Of a stretch of DNA of 64,000 bases, positions 1 through 9,323 are shown one piece after another. Both the position numbers and the translations under genes were made by a program. The stretch's first letter is position 1; the number at the start of each line of letters is the position of its first letter. The notes below the pieces were generated by a model that made no database searches, had not been told where the DNA came from, and saw only the letters and a list, made by a program, of their open reading frames with translations. This DNA comes from a virus: positions 91,689-155,688 of IMG/VR virus record IMGVR_UViG_3300032753_001573; one strand, given 5' to 3'.

Positions 1-158
1 ATAAGGGCGGTAGCAATCCTCTACCATGGACACAGAAGTGGATAGCTGGTAGTGAGGTACAGGTGGCACCTCAGCAAACGCAAATTTCTTCTTATACTGT
101 AGGTGGTGTCAAGAAAGATGCCAGTGTAGACAGCTTCAAAGGATTTAGTCTATAATTT

Positions 159-521
159 ATGTGGACTATACCTATTGAAATAACACATGATATTATTGAC
201 TTCTGCCAAAAATTAAATTGTGATTGGGTGGGAATGGTTCCAGTTGAATATCATGCTGCATACGATTATGGTAATTGTCATAACAGTGTTCATACACATG
301 TGTCAATATACGGTGGTAGATCTGTGATTGGTTGGTATATTGTATCTGGTTTTGACACCTTACAGGCTGTACGACACACAGTATGGCAGACACCTGATAA
401 TGAGCTAATTGACATCATACCTTATAAAGATAAAAGAACATATTGCGTTTTTGTTAGAAGCAAATCGCAAGAAAAAGATTACAGCATTAGTTGTTGTTTT
501 AGTTGTGACATGCTAAAATAA
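159..521 (+). CDS. hypothetical protein (C-H-N...GW...H..W motif family)
   Basis: 120-aa ORF co-oriented with neighbours; no recognisable function. Confidence 0.6.
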   Translation: MWTIPIEITHDIIDFCQKLNCDWVGMVPVEYHAAYDYGNCHNSVHTHVSIYGGRSVIGWYIVSGFDTLQAVRHTVWQTPDNELIDIIPYKDKRTYCVFVRSKSQEKDYSISCCFSCDMLK

Positions 522-525
522 ATAA

Positions 526-1194
526 ATGATAAAACTAGTACCGATGACTTTGGCTATGATCACCAGTAGAACTTCTTTTAACGAGTCCTGGTTGACAGAA
601 ATGCCAGAAGGAGTTGGATCTTTTGAATTGTTTGATATGTTAGAATACCGTATCAAACAGCTCGCAGCTTCTAGCAGCACAGTAATTGATCTTGGCAATA
701 ATCTAAAAAAGATAGACGGCAACCAAGTTAAATTTTATTGGTATGAGAAAAATGGTGACATTGTCTTAGCAATAGAATTATCAGTTTCTCAACAATCTCT
801 AACGGTAAATGCTACAGGAAAAAATCCAAAATATAAAGGCTGTCCACCTTTTGCATCAGATCTATATGATGCAATTCTCAAAGATACTGATCGTAGTATT
901 AGAATAATGAGCGATACTCAGTTAAGTGATGAGGGATACGACATATGGAAGCGATTGTTTAATCAGGGGCATAAGATATCGGTTTATGATAGATTAAATC
1001 CAACAAAGACATTTCACACATTTAAAAATCTATCAGATTTAGATAACTTTTTCAAAAAAGATGACAGTGATTATAGTCGTTATCAATTTGTCCTAAGTGA
1101 ATCACGTGAAATGTTTGCAGAAATGCAAAGTTTTTTCAATACAAGACGGTATAGAGAATTAGCAGGTTTATCTCTTGATGACAACTGTGAGTAA
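526..1194 (+). CDS. hypothetical phage protein
   Basis: 222-aa ORF; TAAATA-like motif just upstream. Confidence 0.7.
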   Translation: MIKLVPMTLAMITSRTSFNESWLTEMPEGVGSFELFDMLEYRIKQLAASSSTVIDLGNNLKKIDGNQVKFYWYEKNGDIVLAIELSVSQQSLTVNATGKNPKYKGCPPFASDLYDAILKDTDRSIRIMSDTQLSDEGYDIWKRLFNQGHKISVYDRLNPTKTFHTFKNLSDLDNFFKKDDSDYSRYQFVLSESREMFAEMQSFFNTRRYRELAGLSLDDNCE

Positions 1195-1195
1195 C

Positions 1196-1891
1196 ATGAA
1201 GGTAGCAGTAGTTACACCTTATTACCAAGAGTCCGAAGAGATCCTAACACGTTGCCACGACAGTGTGATGTCTCAAATAGATGCAAATGTTACTCATATC
1301 ATGGTAGCTGACGGTTATCCCAATTGGATATGTGATACATGGCAAATTCAACATATTAGAATGCCTAACAGTCACTCTGATGCCGGTGCAACACCCAGAG
1401 CAATTGGAGCACTCAGCGCATTCAGTCAACAATTTGATGCAGTTGCATTTTTAGATGCAGACAATTGGTATGAACCCTATCATATCAGTGAAATGGTAGA
1501 CAACATGGCAGCTAACGCTAGCGATGCTGTAATTGCTACTCGCACTATACATGCACTAGACGGTTCACCTTTATATGTTGATGATATAGAAAGTAATGGT
1601 GAGAACACTGTTGATACCAACAGTTGGTTCCTAGGTAAAAAAACTGTTAGATTGATGAGCTTTTGGATAACTGATCCTGCACAGCGGTTAGTTAGCGATA
1701 AGGTGTTCTTTCATGCTTGTAAAATCAATAACGTAAAAATATCTAGGTGTCATAAACCAACTGTTGCATATGTAACACATTGGGGATGGCATTATCGACA
1801 AGCTGGTAAACCAATACCGCTTGATTCGGTTTGGATTGATACTGATCAATTTGGTAACTATATACATATTAAAGAAAGAGATAGGAGATAG
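1196..1891 (+). CDS. glycosyltransferase family 2
   Basis: MKVAVVTPYY start, HIMVADG, FLDADNW (DxD); start moved to ATG 1196 just after the upstream stop. Confidence 0.85.
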   Translation: MKVAVVTPYYQESEEILTRCHDSVMSQIDANVTHIMVADGYPNWICDTWQIQHIRMPNSHSDAGATPRAIGALSAFSQQFDAVAFLDADNWYEPYHISEMVDNMAANASDAVIATRTIHALDGSPLYVDDIESNGENTVDTNSWFLGKKTVRLMSFWITDPAQRLVSDKVFFHACKINNVKISRCHKPTVAYVTHWGWHYRQAGKPIPLDSVWIDTDQFGNYIHIKERDRR

Positions 1892-1894
1892 ATC

Positions 1895-2164
1895 GTGAAA
1901 GCAGTCATTTACACCAAAGACAACTGCCCATATTGCACTAGGGCCAAGGCACTATTGAATAGCAAGGGTGTTACTTATGAAGAGCGCATACTGGATGTGT
2001 ACGGTAGAGATGATAGAGCTTTAACTGAAAGTCAACATTGGGTTACTAGAGATGACCTTCTAGCAGCATACCCTGCTGCAAAAACAGTTCCGCAGATTTG
2101 GTTAGATGATCTACATATTGGAGGCTTTACTGATCTAGATGCATGGTTTAAAGAACACGGCTAA
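1895..2164 (+). CDS. glutaredoxin
   Basis: CPYC active site, TVPQIW, IGGFTDL; AGGAG RBS before the GTG start. Confidence 0.95.
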   Translation: MKAVIYTKDNCPYCTRAKALLNSKGVTYEERILDVYGRDDRALTESQHWVTRDDLLAAYPAAKTVPQIWLDDLHIGGFTDLDAWFKEHG

Positions 2165-2207
2165 TTTTTAAGATAAATAACATAGCATTTAAGTTAAGAG
2201 GAGTGCT

Positions 2208-3014
2208 ATGCCGTTAAATCCCCCAGCCTATTTAGGTCAAGATGTTTGGTACAGTCCAAATGTTTATGCCAATATGTCTCCTGTTGCGTTGTGGAAGCCG
2301 CCACTTAATCAAAATAGTATTTTGTATAGGTTTACTTTGCCTGAACCAAGTGCAGCTCCTGCACCTGATCCAGGTTTTGCGTCGTCTTATAATGCTGCAT
2401 TTTTACAACAACATCCTGATGCAGAAGACGGAGGTATACCTGCTTCCCCCGGTGCATCTTCTAACAATCCAAACGGTGTGGTCCCGCCAAACCCAACTAG
2501 TTTAAAGTTACCTCCTGGACAAACACCGTACGGGACATTAATAAGCAATTTGAACGGAACATATAATCAAAGAAATCTATGGGACGGCAGTGGTGGCGCT
2601 ACACCTGAGATTACTAAAGCATTCAGCGATATAGGATGTGGTGTATCACCGTTTGAATGGTGTGCTGCATATGTTGGATCAATGTTATATAGGTCCGGGA
2701 TTGGAGGTTTGAAGAGTTCAAACGCATTCGATTGGGAGAAGTTTGGCAAACCGATACCAACACAAGATACAAAACAATGGAGAACAGGTGACATAGCTGT
2801 TTGGAGTTATGGTCACGTTAACTTCATACTTGCTCCTAGCAGCGGCGGCAGTGCGTTTTATCAAGGTGGTAATCAAAGGATTTATGGTTCAAATCGTCAA
2901 ATTCTTAAAGAACATCAACTTACGCGAGGCCATAATAGTGTTAACCAAATAATAGCTCTCCGCAGGGGTTGGGAAGTACCTGACAGCGTTACAGGACCGT
3001 TGATCACCGGTTAA
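2208..3014 (+). CDS. virion-associated NlpC/P60/CHAP-like (TIGR02594-like) peptidoglycan hydrolase
   Basis: WCAAYV...GHVNF...QGGNQ motifs; TAAATA at 2174 and a GAGGAG RBS. Confidence 0.7.
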   Translation: MPLNPPAYLGQDVWYSPNVYANMSPVALWKPPLNQNSILYRFTLPEPSAAPAPDPGFASSYNAAFLQQHPDAEDGGIPASPGASSNNPNGVVPPNPTSLKLPPGQTPYGTLISNLNGTYNQRNLWDGSGGATPEITKAFSDIGCGVSPFEWCAAYVGSMLYRSGIGGLKSSNAFDWEKFGKPIPTQDTKQWRTGDIAVWSYGHVNFILAPSSGGSAFYQGGNQRIYGSNRQILKEHQLTRGHNSVNQIIALRRGWEVPDSVTGPLITG

Positions 3015-3080
3015 GTATCTTGCAATATATATCAATGGTGGTGCATAATATGTTATACAATATAAATTATTGGAGACAAC

Positions 3081-3416
3081 ATGTTGCTATCAAAGACCAT
3101 AACACAAGGTGACATCGCCAGCCTCAAGCTGATAACTGGTGAAGAGATAATTGCTAAAGTAACCGACATCAATGCAGAATCAATGACCATAACTAAACCC
3201 ATGCAGATTAGTATTGGAATGGATGAACGCACAAGACAAGTTGGTATTCAAATGGTTCCATATTTCCTATTATGTGCAGAATCAGATGCTAAACTAACTA
3301 TTAAGAATTCTCATATCATAACATCAACGCTAGCTAACGAGCAAGCTAAGTCTGGTTATATACATAATACAACAGGTTTAACGTTGGCATCTGGTAATGG
3401 TGGTTTGACATCATGA
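3081..3416 (+). CDS. conserved T4-like phage protein (Sm-like fold)
   Basis: LKLITGEEIIAKV motif typical of this family. Confidence 0.6.
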   Translation: MLLSKTITQGDIASLKLITGEEIIAKVTDINAESMTITKPMQISIGMDERTRQVGIQMVPYFLLCAESDAKLTIKNSHIITSTLANEQAKSGYIHNTTGLTLASGNGGLTS

Positions 3417-4330
3417 TAGAAAAACCATTTCAGGGTAAAAGGACGTTTTGTAAGATCAGCGATCAAAACTTTCCAAATCATACCCATGCTGTAATTGGTA
3501 TAGGTGTAGATAGCGGAACTACTTTCCGTAGTGGATCGAGGATGGCACCAACGGCGATCAGGGAAGCTAGCATGATGCTTACTGATGGAGTCAATGATGC
3601 ATTCCCTGTTGATATCAAGAAACACTGTGTTGATCTTGGTGATCTAGCCGTAACTAACGGTAATACGTCTAAAATGCTTGAACAGGTAGAAAACAGCGTA
3701 AGAAATACTATAGCATGGAAAAAGCATCCTGTTATACTTGGTGGTGAGCATACCATAACGTTGGCTGCATTAAGAGCTATGAATTCTAGCCATGGTAAGT
3801 TGGCTGTAATTCATTTTGATGCACATTGCGATACGTGGAGCACACATTTTGACGAACCCATCGGACATGGTACTTGGTTATATAATGCAATCACAGAGGA
3901 ATTGGTAGATCCCGCCAAGGTTGTCAGCATAGGGATACGTAGTCCTGCTGACCATAAGTCTAGGATGTTCTTGCATGAAAATGGTGGCACTACATTTACA
4001 GCTAGATATGCTAACCAAAATATGGATGCAGTTGTCTCTAACATCAAGAAATTGGTAGATGAATCACCTTGCTATCTCACATTTGACATAGATTGTCTAG
4101 ATCCGGCATATGCTCCTGGTACTGGAACTCCCGAAGTAGGAGGACTCTCTACCATGTGGGTTCTAGAATGTTTGGAAAAATTGTATGATATTGATTTTGT
4201 TGGCATGGATTGTGTAGAGGTAGCTCCCGCATACGATCATTCAGACATAACATCTCTAGCGGCAGCTACAATATGTTGGACCTATCTCAGTATGGTGATT
4301 CATAAGCAAAATGCCAGTTATAATACATAA
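3413..4330 (+). CDS. speB: agmatinase (ureohydrolase family)
   Basis: GGEHT, HFDAHCD, TFDIDCLDPAYAPGTGTPEVGG, EVAPAYD. Confidence 0.92.
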   Translation: MIEKPFQGKRTFCKISDQNFPNHTHAVIGIGVDSGTTFRSGSRMAPTAIREASMMLTDGVNDAFPVDIKKHCVDLGDLAVTNGNTSKMLEQVENSVRNTIAWKKHPVILGGEHTITLAALRAMNSSHGKLAVIHFDAHCDTWSTHFDEPIGHGTWLYNAITEELVDPAKVVSIGIRSPADHKSRMFLHENGGTTFTARYANQNMDAVVSNIKKLVDESPCYLTFDIDCLDPAYAPGTGTPEVGGLSTMWVLECLEKLYDIDFVGMDCVEVAPAYDHSDITSLAAATICWTYLSMVIHKQNASYNT

Positions 4331-4481
4331 TTATAGCACAGAAATTATTATACATTTGACTTGCGGTGCGTGCAGCAATTGGTGGAGCTATGCTACTACT
4401 GAAAACTATCGCCCGAAACAAATGTATTGCCCACATTGTGGTACGCTAGCACAATGCGAACTGGTTGACATACAGCATTAA
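4311..4481 (+). CDS. 56-aa zinc-ribbon protein (below the ORF-track cutoff)
   Basis: Hand translation MPVIIHNYSTEIIIHLTCGACSNWWS...MYCPHCGTLAQ; CxxC and CPxCG; overlaps the speB end. Confidence 0.65.
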   Translation: MPVIIHNYSTEIIIHLTCGACSNWWSYATTENYRPKQMYCPHCGTLAQCELVDIQH

Positions 4482-4738
4482 ACATGCTAGATATAGTTGC
4501 CTTGCGCTTAGCAGAGTGATGTCTGCCATAGGGAAGAAGATAATAGGATGTAGGGAAAAGATAATGTCTCTCCCTATAATCCCGCAGGGCGCTTGTATTT
4601 TAATAGATACATCTATAGTTGACATGCTAGATAAAAGAGTATACCATATTAGAAGAGTACATATTTGTCTTGTTCTAATATGTTCTCGTTTTCCATTATA
4701 GCATTGACAATCTTACGCCATTGTGCTATACATATCGC

Positions 4739-4810
4739 GTGCTTGTAGTCTAATGGTAAGATATGTGACATCCCAGACACGATGAGAGGTTCGACTCCTT
4801 TCCTAGCACA
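4739..4810 (+). tRNA. degenerate tRNA (probably a Gly pseudo-tRNA)
   Basis: Acceptor GTGCTTG/CTAGCAC, D-loop TAATGGTAA, T-loop GGTTCGACTCC; anticodon arm GTGAC-ATCCCA-GACAC is imperfect; no encoded CCA; TTGACA-N17-TATACA promoter at 4704-4732. Confidence 0.6.
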
Positions 4811-4862
4811 ATTTAATTATAGGGTCTTTACATTCTCATAAACCTGTGCTATAAATAAAATA

Positions 4863-5196
4863 GCTGTTGTTGATACCAACGGAGATAGCTGGATCGGAAG
4901 CGGGAGGCAGAGCCCGCCCACTCCACCAAAGATACATCGTGAGGGGCTAGTTATACGGCGCATTTGAACAAAGTATAACCCACTGTGTAATAGTGATCAT
5001 AAAGACAGTGAGCGGTGTATCTTTGATGGGGTGGAAACAGGATCGACGGACGTTGAAAAGGTTGGAGTAGATAGCCGTGCGCAAGCGACGTACCGCAAGA
5101 AAACTATAAGTGTCAACGATAACGTGGCACCTTATGAGATGAGCCTCGCGGTTTGACCTCAATGGGTTTGGTTTAGCCTGGAAACAGAATTAAACC
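4863..5196 (+). ncRNA. ssrA: two-piece (circularly permuted) tmRNA
   Basis: 3' acceptor CCACTCCACCA ends at 4928; 5' strand GGGGTGG-AAACAGGATCGAC starts at 5028; 7-bp stem with G3.U70; tag ORF 5112-5156 reads VNDNVAPYEMSLAV*; outer boundaries approximate. Confidence 0.93.
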
Positions 5197-5224
5197 AAAG
5201 AGGGCGGGAAACCGTCCTCTTTTT
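5197..5224 (+). terminator. intrinsic terminator after tmRNA
   Basis: AAAGAGGGCGG-GAAA-CCGTCCTCTTT followed by T-run. Confidence 0.85.
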
Positions 5225-5592
5225 ATTGACAAATATATCAATGATATCATAAACTACTATTGTTACATAGAAATTGTAACATATAAATATGTTGGTGGTA
5301 ATAGCAGACTATTGCCATCCAACGAGAAATGATAGATACTGACTAAGAACTAGAAATATTATATTTAATTATGTATGGTTAGCCACGCGATGAGCGTAGA
5401 ATTAACCAGATCTAAATGATGATGTTATTTAAAGTTTTATGAAATAAGTATTTGAAGCTATAGAGGTAACAACACTAGGTGTTGTTACCTCTTATCTTTG
5501 GTAGCTCATTGACAAATAACTATAATACATGCTATCTTATTATGATCATGTAAATTCAGTATAAAATAAAATAAACAGAAAGAATTATATAG

Positions 5593-7476
5593 ATGGTAAC
5601 TGTGAAGAATGATGAAATTGTCAAGCTGAGCGATTATTCTCATGCACGTCTGCGTACAGAAATGTACTTGGGTAGCAGGAGCCCGCATACTCAAATTATA
5701 GTAAATTGGGATGGTACCAAATTGGCTCCCGTAGAGATGACGTGGACACCTGCTGTATATTGTGCATTCCGCGAAATACTAGACAATGCTCTAGATGAAG
5801 TAATCGGACACGGATTTGGCAGCAAGATAGATGTCACATATGATCCCAAGACTACTGAATTTACTGTAGCAGATGACGGCAGAGGTATTCCTATTGATTG
5901 GGATGAAACTGAGAGGATGCACAAGGCAACAATTGCCCTAACACAAGCTCGAGCTGGCCGTAACTTTGGAAATCGTGAGGAAGTCAGAGGAACCAATGGT
6001 ATCGGAGCGTCTGTGGTTGTCAATTGCAGTGAATACTTTGATATAATAGTACATAGAGACAATCAAAGATTTGCTCAAAGTTTCCACGAGGGCAACGAAA
6101 TATTTGACCAGCTTGATATCAAAGAACCAAAGATCACTAAGAGCGGTGCCAAGACAGGCACCGAGATAAAATTCAAACTCAGCAAGACTGTGTTCAAGAA
6201 GATCAAACTACCTATTGATTTTGTTAGGGCACGTATATTTGAGATAGCTGCCAACCATCCCAAGATACGAATCACTTTCAACAGTGAGCGAGTAGTTGTT
6301 AAGCCAACTATTGAAAAGACTATGTTTGCTAGCAACGATGTAATCACCATCGAAGTCAATGACAAGAAATTCAAGAGCAATTATTATCTAGTACCCGGGT
6401 TCTCTGCCGACGGCGAATATCTACATACAACTGTTAATGACATTCCTGCATTCAACGGAGGTCAGCATATTGATACGTTCAAGCGACTGTTCTACGGTGG
6501 ATTGCTCAAGGGTTTAGAGCGAGAAAGCAAGCGCCGCGGATTAACACCCAATAGGTCAGACATTTCAGATGGTTTGTTGATCTACAATGTAACATTCATG
6601 CATTCCCCAAACTTTGATAGCCAGAGCAAAACAAGATTAATCAATGATGATGTTGATGGTTATATCAAAACGGTACTAGAGAACGAGGATACGTTCAAAA
6701 AGATCATCAAGAGCAACAAAGAATGGATTGATCAAATCTATGCCCGATGTGCTGCTAGAACTCAAAAGAAAGACACTGCCGACCTTGCCAAATTGGGTCG
6801 CAAGCTTATGCGTAACAAAGTTCCCAAACTATTGGATGCTAACGGCAAAGACAGGACCAAGTGCATATTGATCATCACCGAGGGAGATTCGGCCAAGGGC
6901 ATGATATCGGCTGTTCGCGATCCAGAAGTACACGGCGCATTGCCGCTACGAGGTAAGATTCTAAATGTCAGAGGTGAAGCGCCCAAGGTGATCATCGAAA
7001 ATCAAATCATTCAGGATCTCATGACCAGTATTGGGTGTGTGCTGGGACAACCGGCTGAACGCAAAGATTTGAGATATGGTCGTGTCTATCTAGCTGCTGA
7101 CCAAGATCCAGACGGGGCCAATATCACAGCACTATTGGTTAATTTCTTCTATTTGCATTGGCCAGAACTATTTGATCCCAATCAAGAACCATTCTTCTAT
7201 GCGTTCCAAACTCCTTTTATTATTCAAGAGAAGGGCAAGACCAGACACTATTGGTATGCTCACAACTATCACGAGTACAATCCTGCAGATTGGAAGAATT
7301 GTCCAAAGCCAACTAGAGCCAAAGGTCTAGGTAGTTTAGAGGAAGCTGATTGGATACACAGTCTTGCTAATCCGCAGCTTATTGCGCTAGTAGATGACGG
7401 CAATCTTGGCGAAGTTTTGGATCTCATATTCAACCATGAGAAAGCTGATGCTCGCAAGGATTGGATATCTCTCTAA
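5593..7476 (+). CDS. DNA topoisomerase II large subunit (T4 gp39+gp60 / GyrB-like)
   Basis: EILDNALDE, DDGRGIP, GTNGIGAS (GHKL); TEGDSA, PLRGKILN, DQDPDG, KGLGS (TOPRIM). Confidence 0.95.
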   Translation: MVTVKNDEIVKLSDYSHARLRTEMYLGSRSPHTQIIVNWDGTKLAPVEMTWTPAVYCAFREILDNALDEVIGHGFGSKIDVTYDPKTTEFTVADDGRGIPIDWDETERMHKATIALTQARAGRNFGNREEVRGTNGIGASVVVNCSEYFDIIVHRDNQRFAQSFHEGNEIFDQLDIKEPKITKSGAKTGTEIKFKLSKTVFKKIKLPIDFVRARIFEIAANHPKIRITFNSERVVVKPTIEKTMFASNDVITIEVNDKKFKSNYYLVPGFSADGEYLHTTVNDIPAFNGGQHIDTFKRLFYGGLLKGLERESKRRGLTPNRSDISDGLLIYNVTFMHSPNFDSQSKTRLINDDVDGYIKTVLENEDTFKKIIKSNKEWIDQIYARCAARTQKKDTADLAKLGRKLMRNKVPKLLDANGKDRTKCILIITEGDSAKGMISAVRDPEVHGALPLRGKILNVRGEAPKVIIENQIIQDLMTSIGCVLGQPAERKDLRYGRVYLAADQDPDGANITALLVNFFYLHWPELFDPNQEPFFYAFQTPFIIQEKGKTRHYWYAHNYHEYNPADWKNCPKPTRAKGLGSLEEADWIHSLANPQLIALVDDGNLGEVLDLIFNHEKADARKDWISL

Positions 7477-7486
7477 GGCAATTGAC

Positions 7487-7822
7487 ATGAATCACAAAGA
7501 CCTACGTGCTGCAGTAACTAACAAATTTAATATCAAGCATCCTCCTGGATATTCTATCATTTATAGCGAATTATCTATTACATATATGGATATGTTAACA
7601 ATTGTAGGTTTAGATATTAATGATCCGTTTAGAGAAGATATTCTAGCACTTAGAAGTTGGGCCAATGAGCACGGTGTTCTTGAAGATTTAAATGACAGAC
7701 TATATACATGGGCATTATATGATGCGCCTAGTGATGCAATAAGAATTAGATTATTCTTAGATATACCGGATACAGAAACGCGAACAATCTTCGCACTATG
7801 TCATCCACACATAAAATGCTAA
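7487..7822 (+). CDS. hypothetical protein between the topoisomerase subunits
   Basis: ORF from ATG 7487. Confidence 0.55.
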   Translation: MNHKDLRAAVTNKFNIKHPPGYSIIYSELSITYMDMLTIVGLDINDPFREDILALRSWANEHGVLEDLNDRLYTWALYDAPSDAIRIRLFLDIPDTETRTIFALCHPHIKC

Positions 7823-7862
7823 ATGCAAATACTGTAAGTTGCAAACCAAGGGAATTAAAAAG

Positions 7863-9260
7863 ATGGCACGGGAAGAATTGCAAGAAAAACAAGTAGAAGT
7901 CCTCACAGCATATGGGAATACAACTGACTATATAAAGAATACAAGTAGGGATTATTCTATATATGTATGTCAGAGCCGAGGTATTCCAAGCATCTGCGAC
8001 GGTCTCAAGGATGCACAAAGAAAAGCCTTGTTTATCATCAAACCTCTAACTGATAAGATTAAAACTATATCATTAGCAGGTTCTATGATATCCTCAAATA
8101 TCTATCTACACGGAGACGCCAGTGCAGCAGAAACTTTAAGTTTGATGGCTGCTCTCTATTGTAATAATGTGCCATTCTTGCATGGTATAGGCGCGTTTGG
8201 CACCAAAGTTGGTCCAACTGACTGGGGTGCTCCTCGTTATACATATCTCAAGAAATATGCTATGACTGATTCTTTGATTTATCCAGATTATGACATCATA
8301 CCTCTCAAAGAGAATTACGATGGTTCTGTCATGGAGCCTAAAAACTTCTTGCCTCTGATTCCTCTTGTACTACTCAATGGTATTAGTGGTATTGCAGTGG
8401 GATGGAGTACAGAAATATTACCTCATGCTCTAGATGATTTAATAAATGCAACTTTAGCAGCTATCGACGATGCACCGATACCAAAGTTGATACCCAAGTA
8501 TGATTATCTTGATTGTAATGTGCGTAACATAGCAGGTAATAGCTGGGAATTTACCGGCAAGGTACGTTTTGATGGCAACACTATCTGGGTAGAAGAACTA
8601 CCTCCCGATCTTAGCTTGGAGAAATTTAAAGCTCGTTTGAATCAAATGGAAGACGAGGAACGCATCAATACCTACATTGATCGCAGTACCAAAGACATTA
8701 AAATTGAAGTACGCTTCAAACGTGGTACTATAGCTGATTGGACAGAAGACAACGCTATAGATTTCTTCAAGCTGCGTAGCAAGGCAACCGAACGCATAGT
8801 TGTACTCGATTGGGCTGGCGATAGCATTAAACAATATGAGACTGCAGAACAATTGGTTAAGGAATTCGTCGAATGGCGGTTGGGATTCTACAAAGTACGT
8901 TACCAGCGTATGGTTGATGAGGTTACGGCTGATCTCTGCTATAATCTAGCGTTGAAAGCGTGTTTTGATGGAAACTTGCCAGCATTTTTACCAACTGCTG
9001 CAAACAAGAAAGCAATTGTAGAACAGATCAAGATACTAACTGATGGTATTCCAATTGGAGACGATCAACACAGCCAAATAGCAGCATTGCCCAGCTATAG
9101 ATGGGCCAAAGACAGTTATCAGGACATCTTGGATAATATTGATAAGCTTAGTAAAACTTTGGCAGATTACCAATCAATATTGGCTAGCCCAAAGAAACAG
9201 CGCGAAATCTACAAGAAGGAAGTACAGGCTCTCAAGAAGTTACCAAAGATTGATAGGTGA
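7863..9260 (+). CDS. DNA topoisomerase II medium subunit (T4 gp52 / GyrA-like)
   Basis: DGLKDAQRK, YLHGDAS, APRYT catalytic Tyr, LLNGISGIAVGWST. Confidence 0.95.
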   Translation: MAREELQEKQVEVLTAYGNTTDYIKNTSRDYSIYVCQSRGIPSICDGLKDAQRKALFIIKPLTDKIKTISLAGSMISSNIYLHGDASAAETLSLMAALYCNNVPFLHGIGAFGTKVGPTDWGAPRYTYLKKYAMTDSLIYPDYDIIPLKENYDGSVMEPKNFLPLIPLVLLNGISGIAVGWSTEILPHALDDLINATLAAIDDAPIPKLIPKYDYLDCNVRNIAGNSWEFTGKVRFDGNTIWVEELPPDLSLEKFKARLNQMEDEERINTYIDRSTKDIKIEVRFKRGTIADWTEDNAIDFFKLRSKATERIVVLDWAGDSIKQYETAEQLVKEFVEWRLGFYKVRYQRMVDEVTADLCYNLALKACFDGNLPAFLPTAANKKAIVEQIKILTDGIPIGDDQHSQIAALPSYRWAKDSYQDILDNIDKLSKTLADYQSILASPKKQREIYKKEVQALKKLPKIDR

Positions 9261-9323
9261 TTGTTGGTTGACAATATATCACTTACAATGTAATTTCATT
9301 CTGAATTAACCAGAGAGGATAAC

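Noticed and set aside
1889-1897. Readthrough fusion of the GT2 to glutaredoxin (TAG-ATC-GTG in frame)
   Set aside because: The glutaredoxin has its own AGGAG RBS; the shared frame is likely coincidental.
7394-7822. Homing endonuclease or intron between the topoisomerase subunits
   Set aside because: No HNH, GIY-YIG or LAGLIDADG motif, and both subunits look complete.
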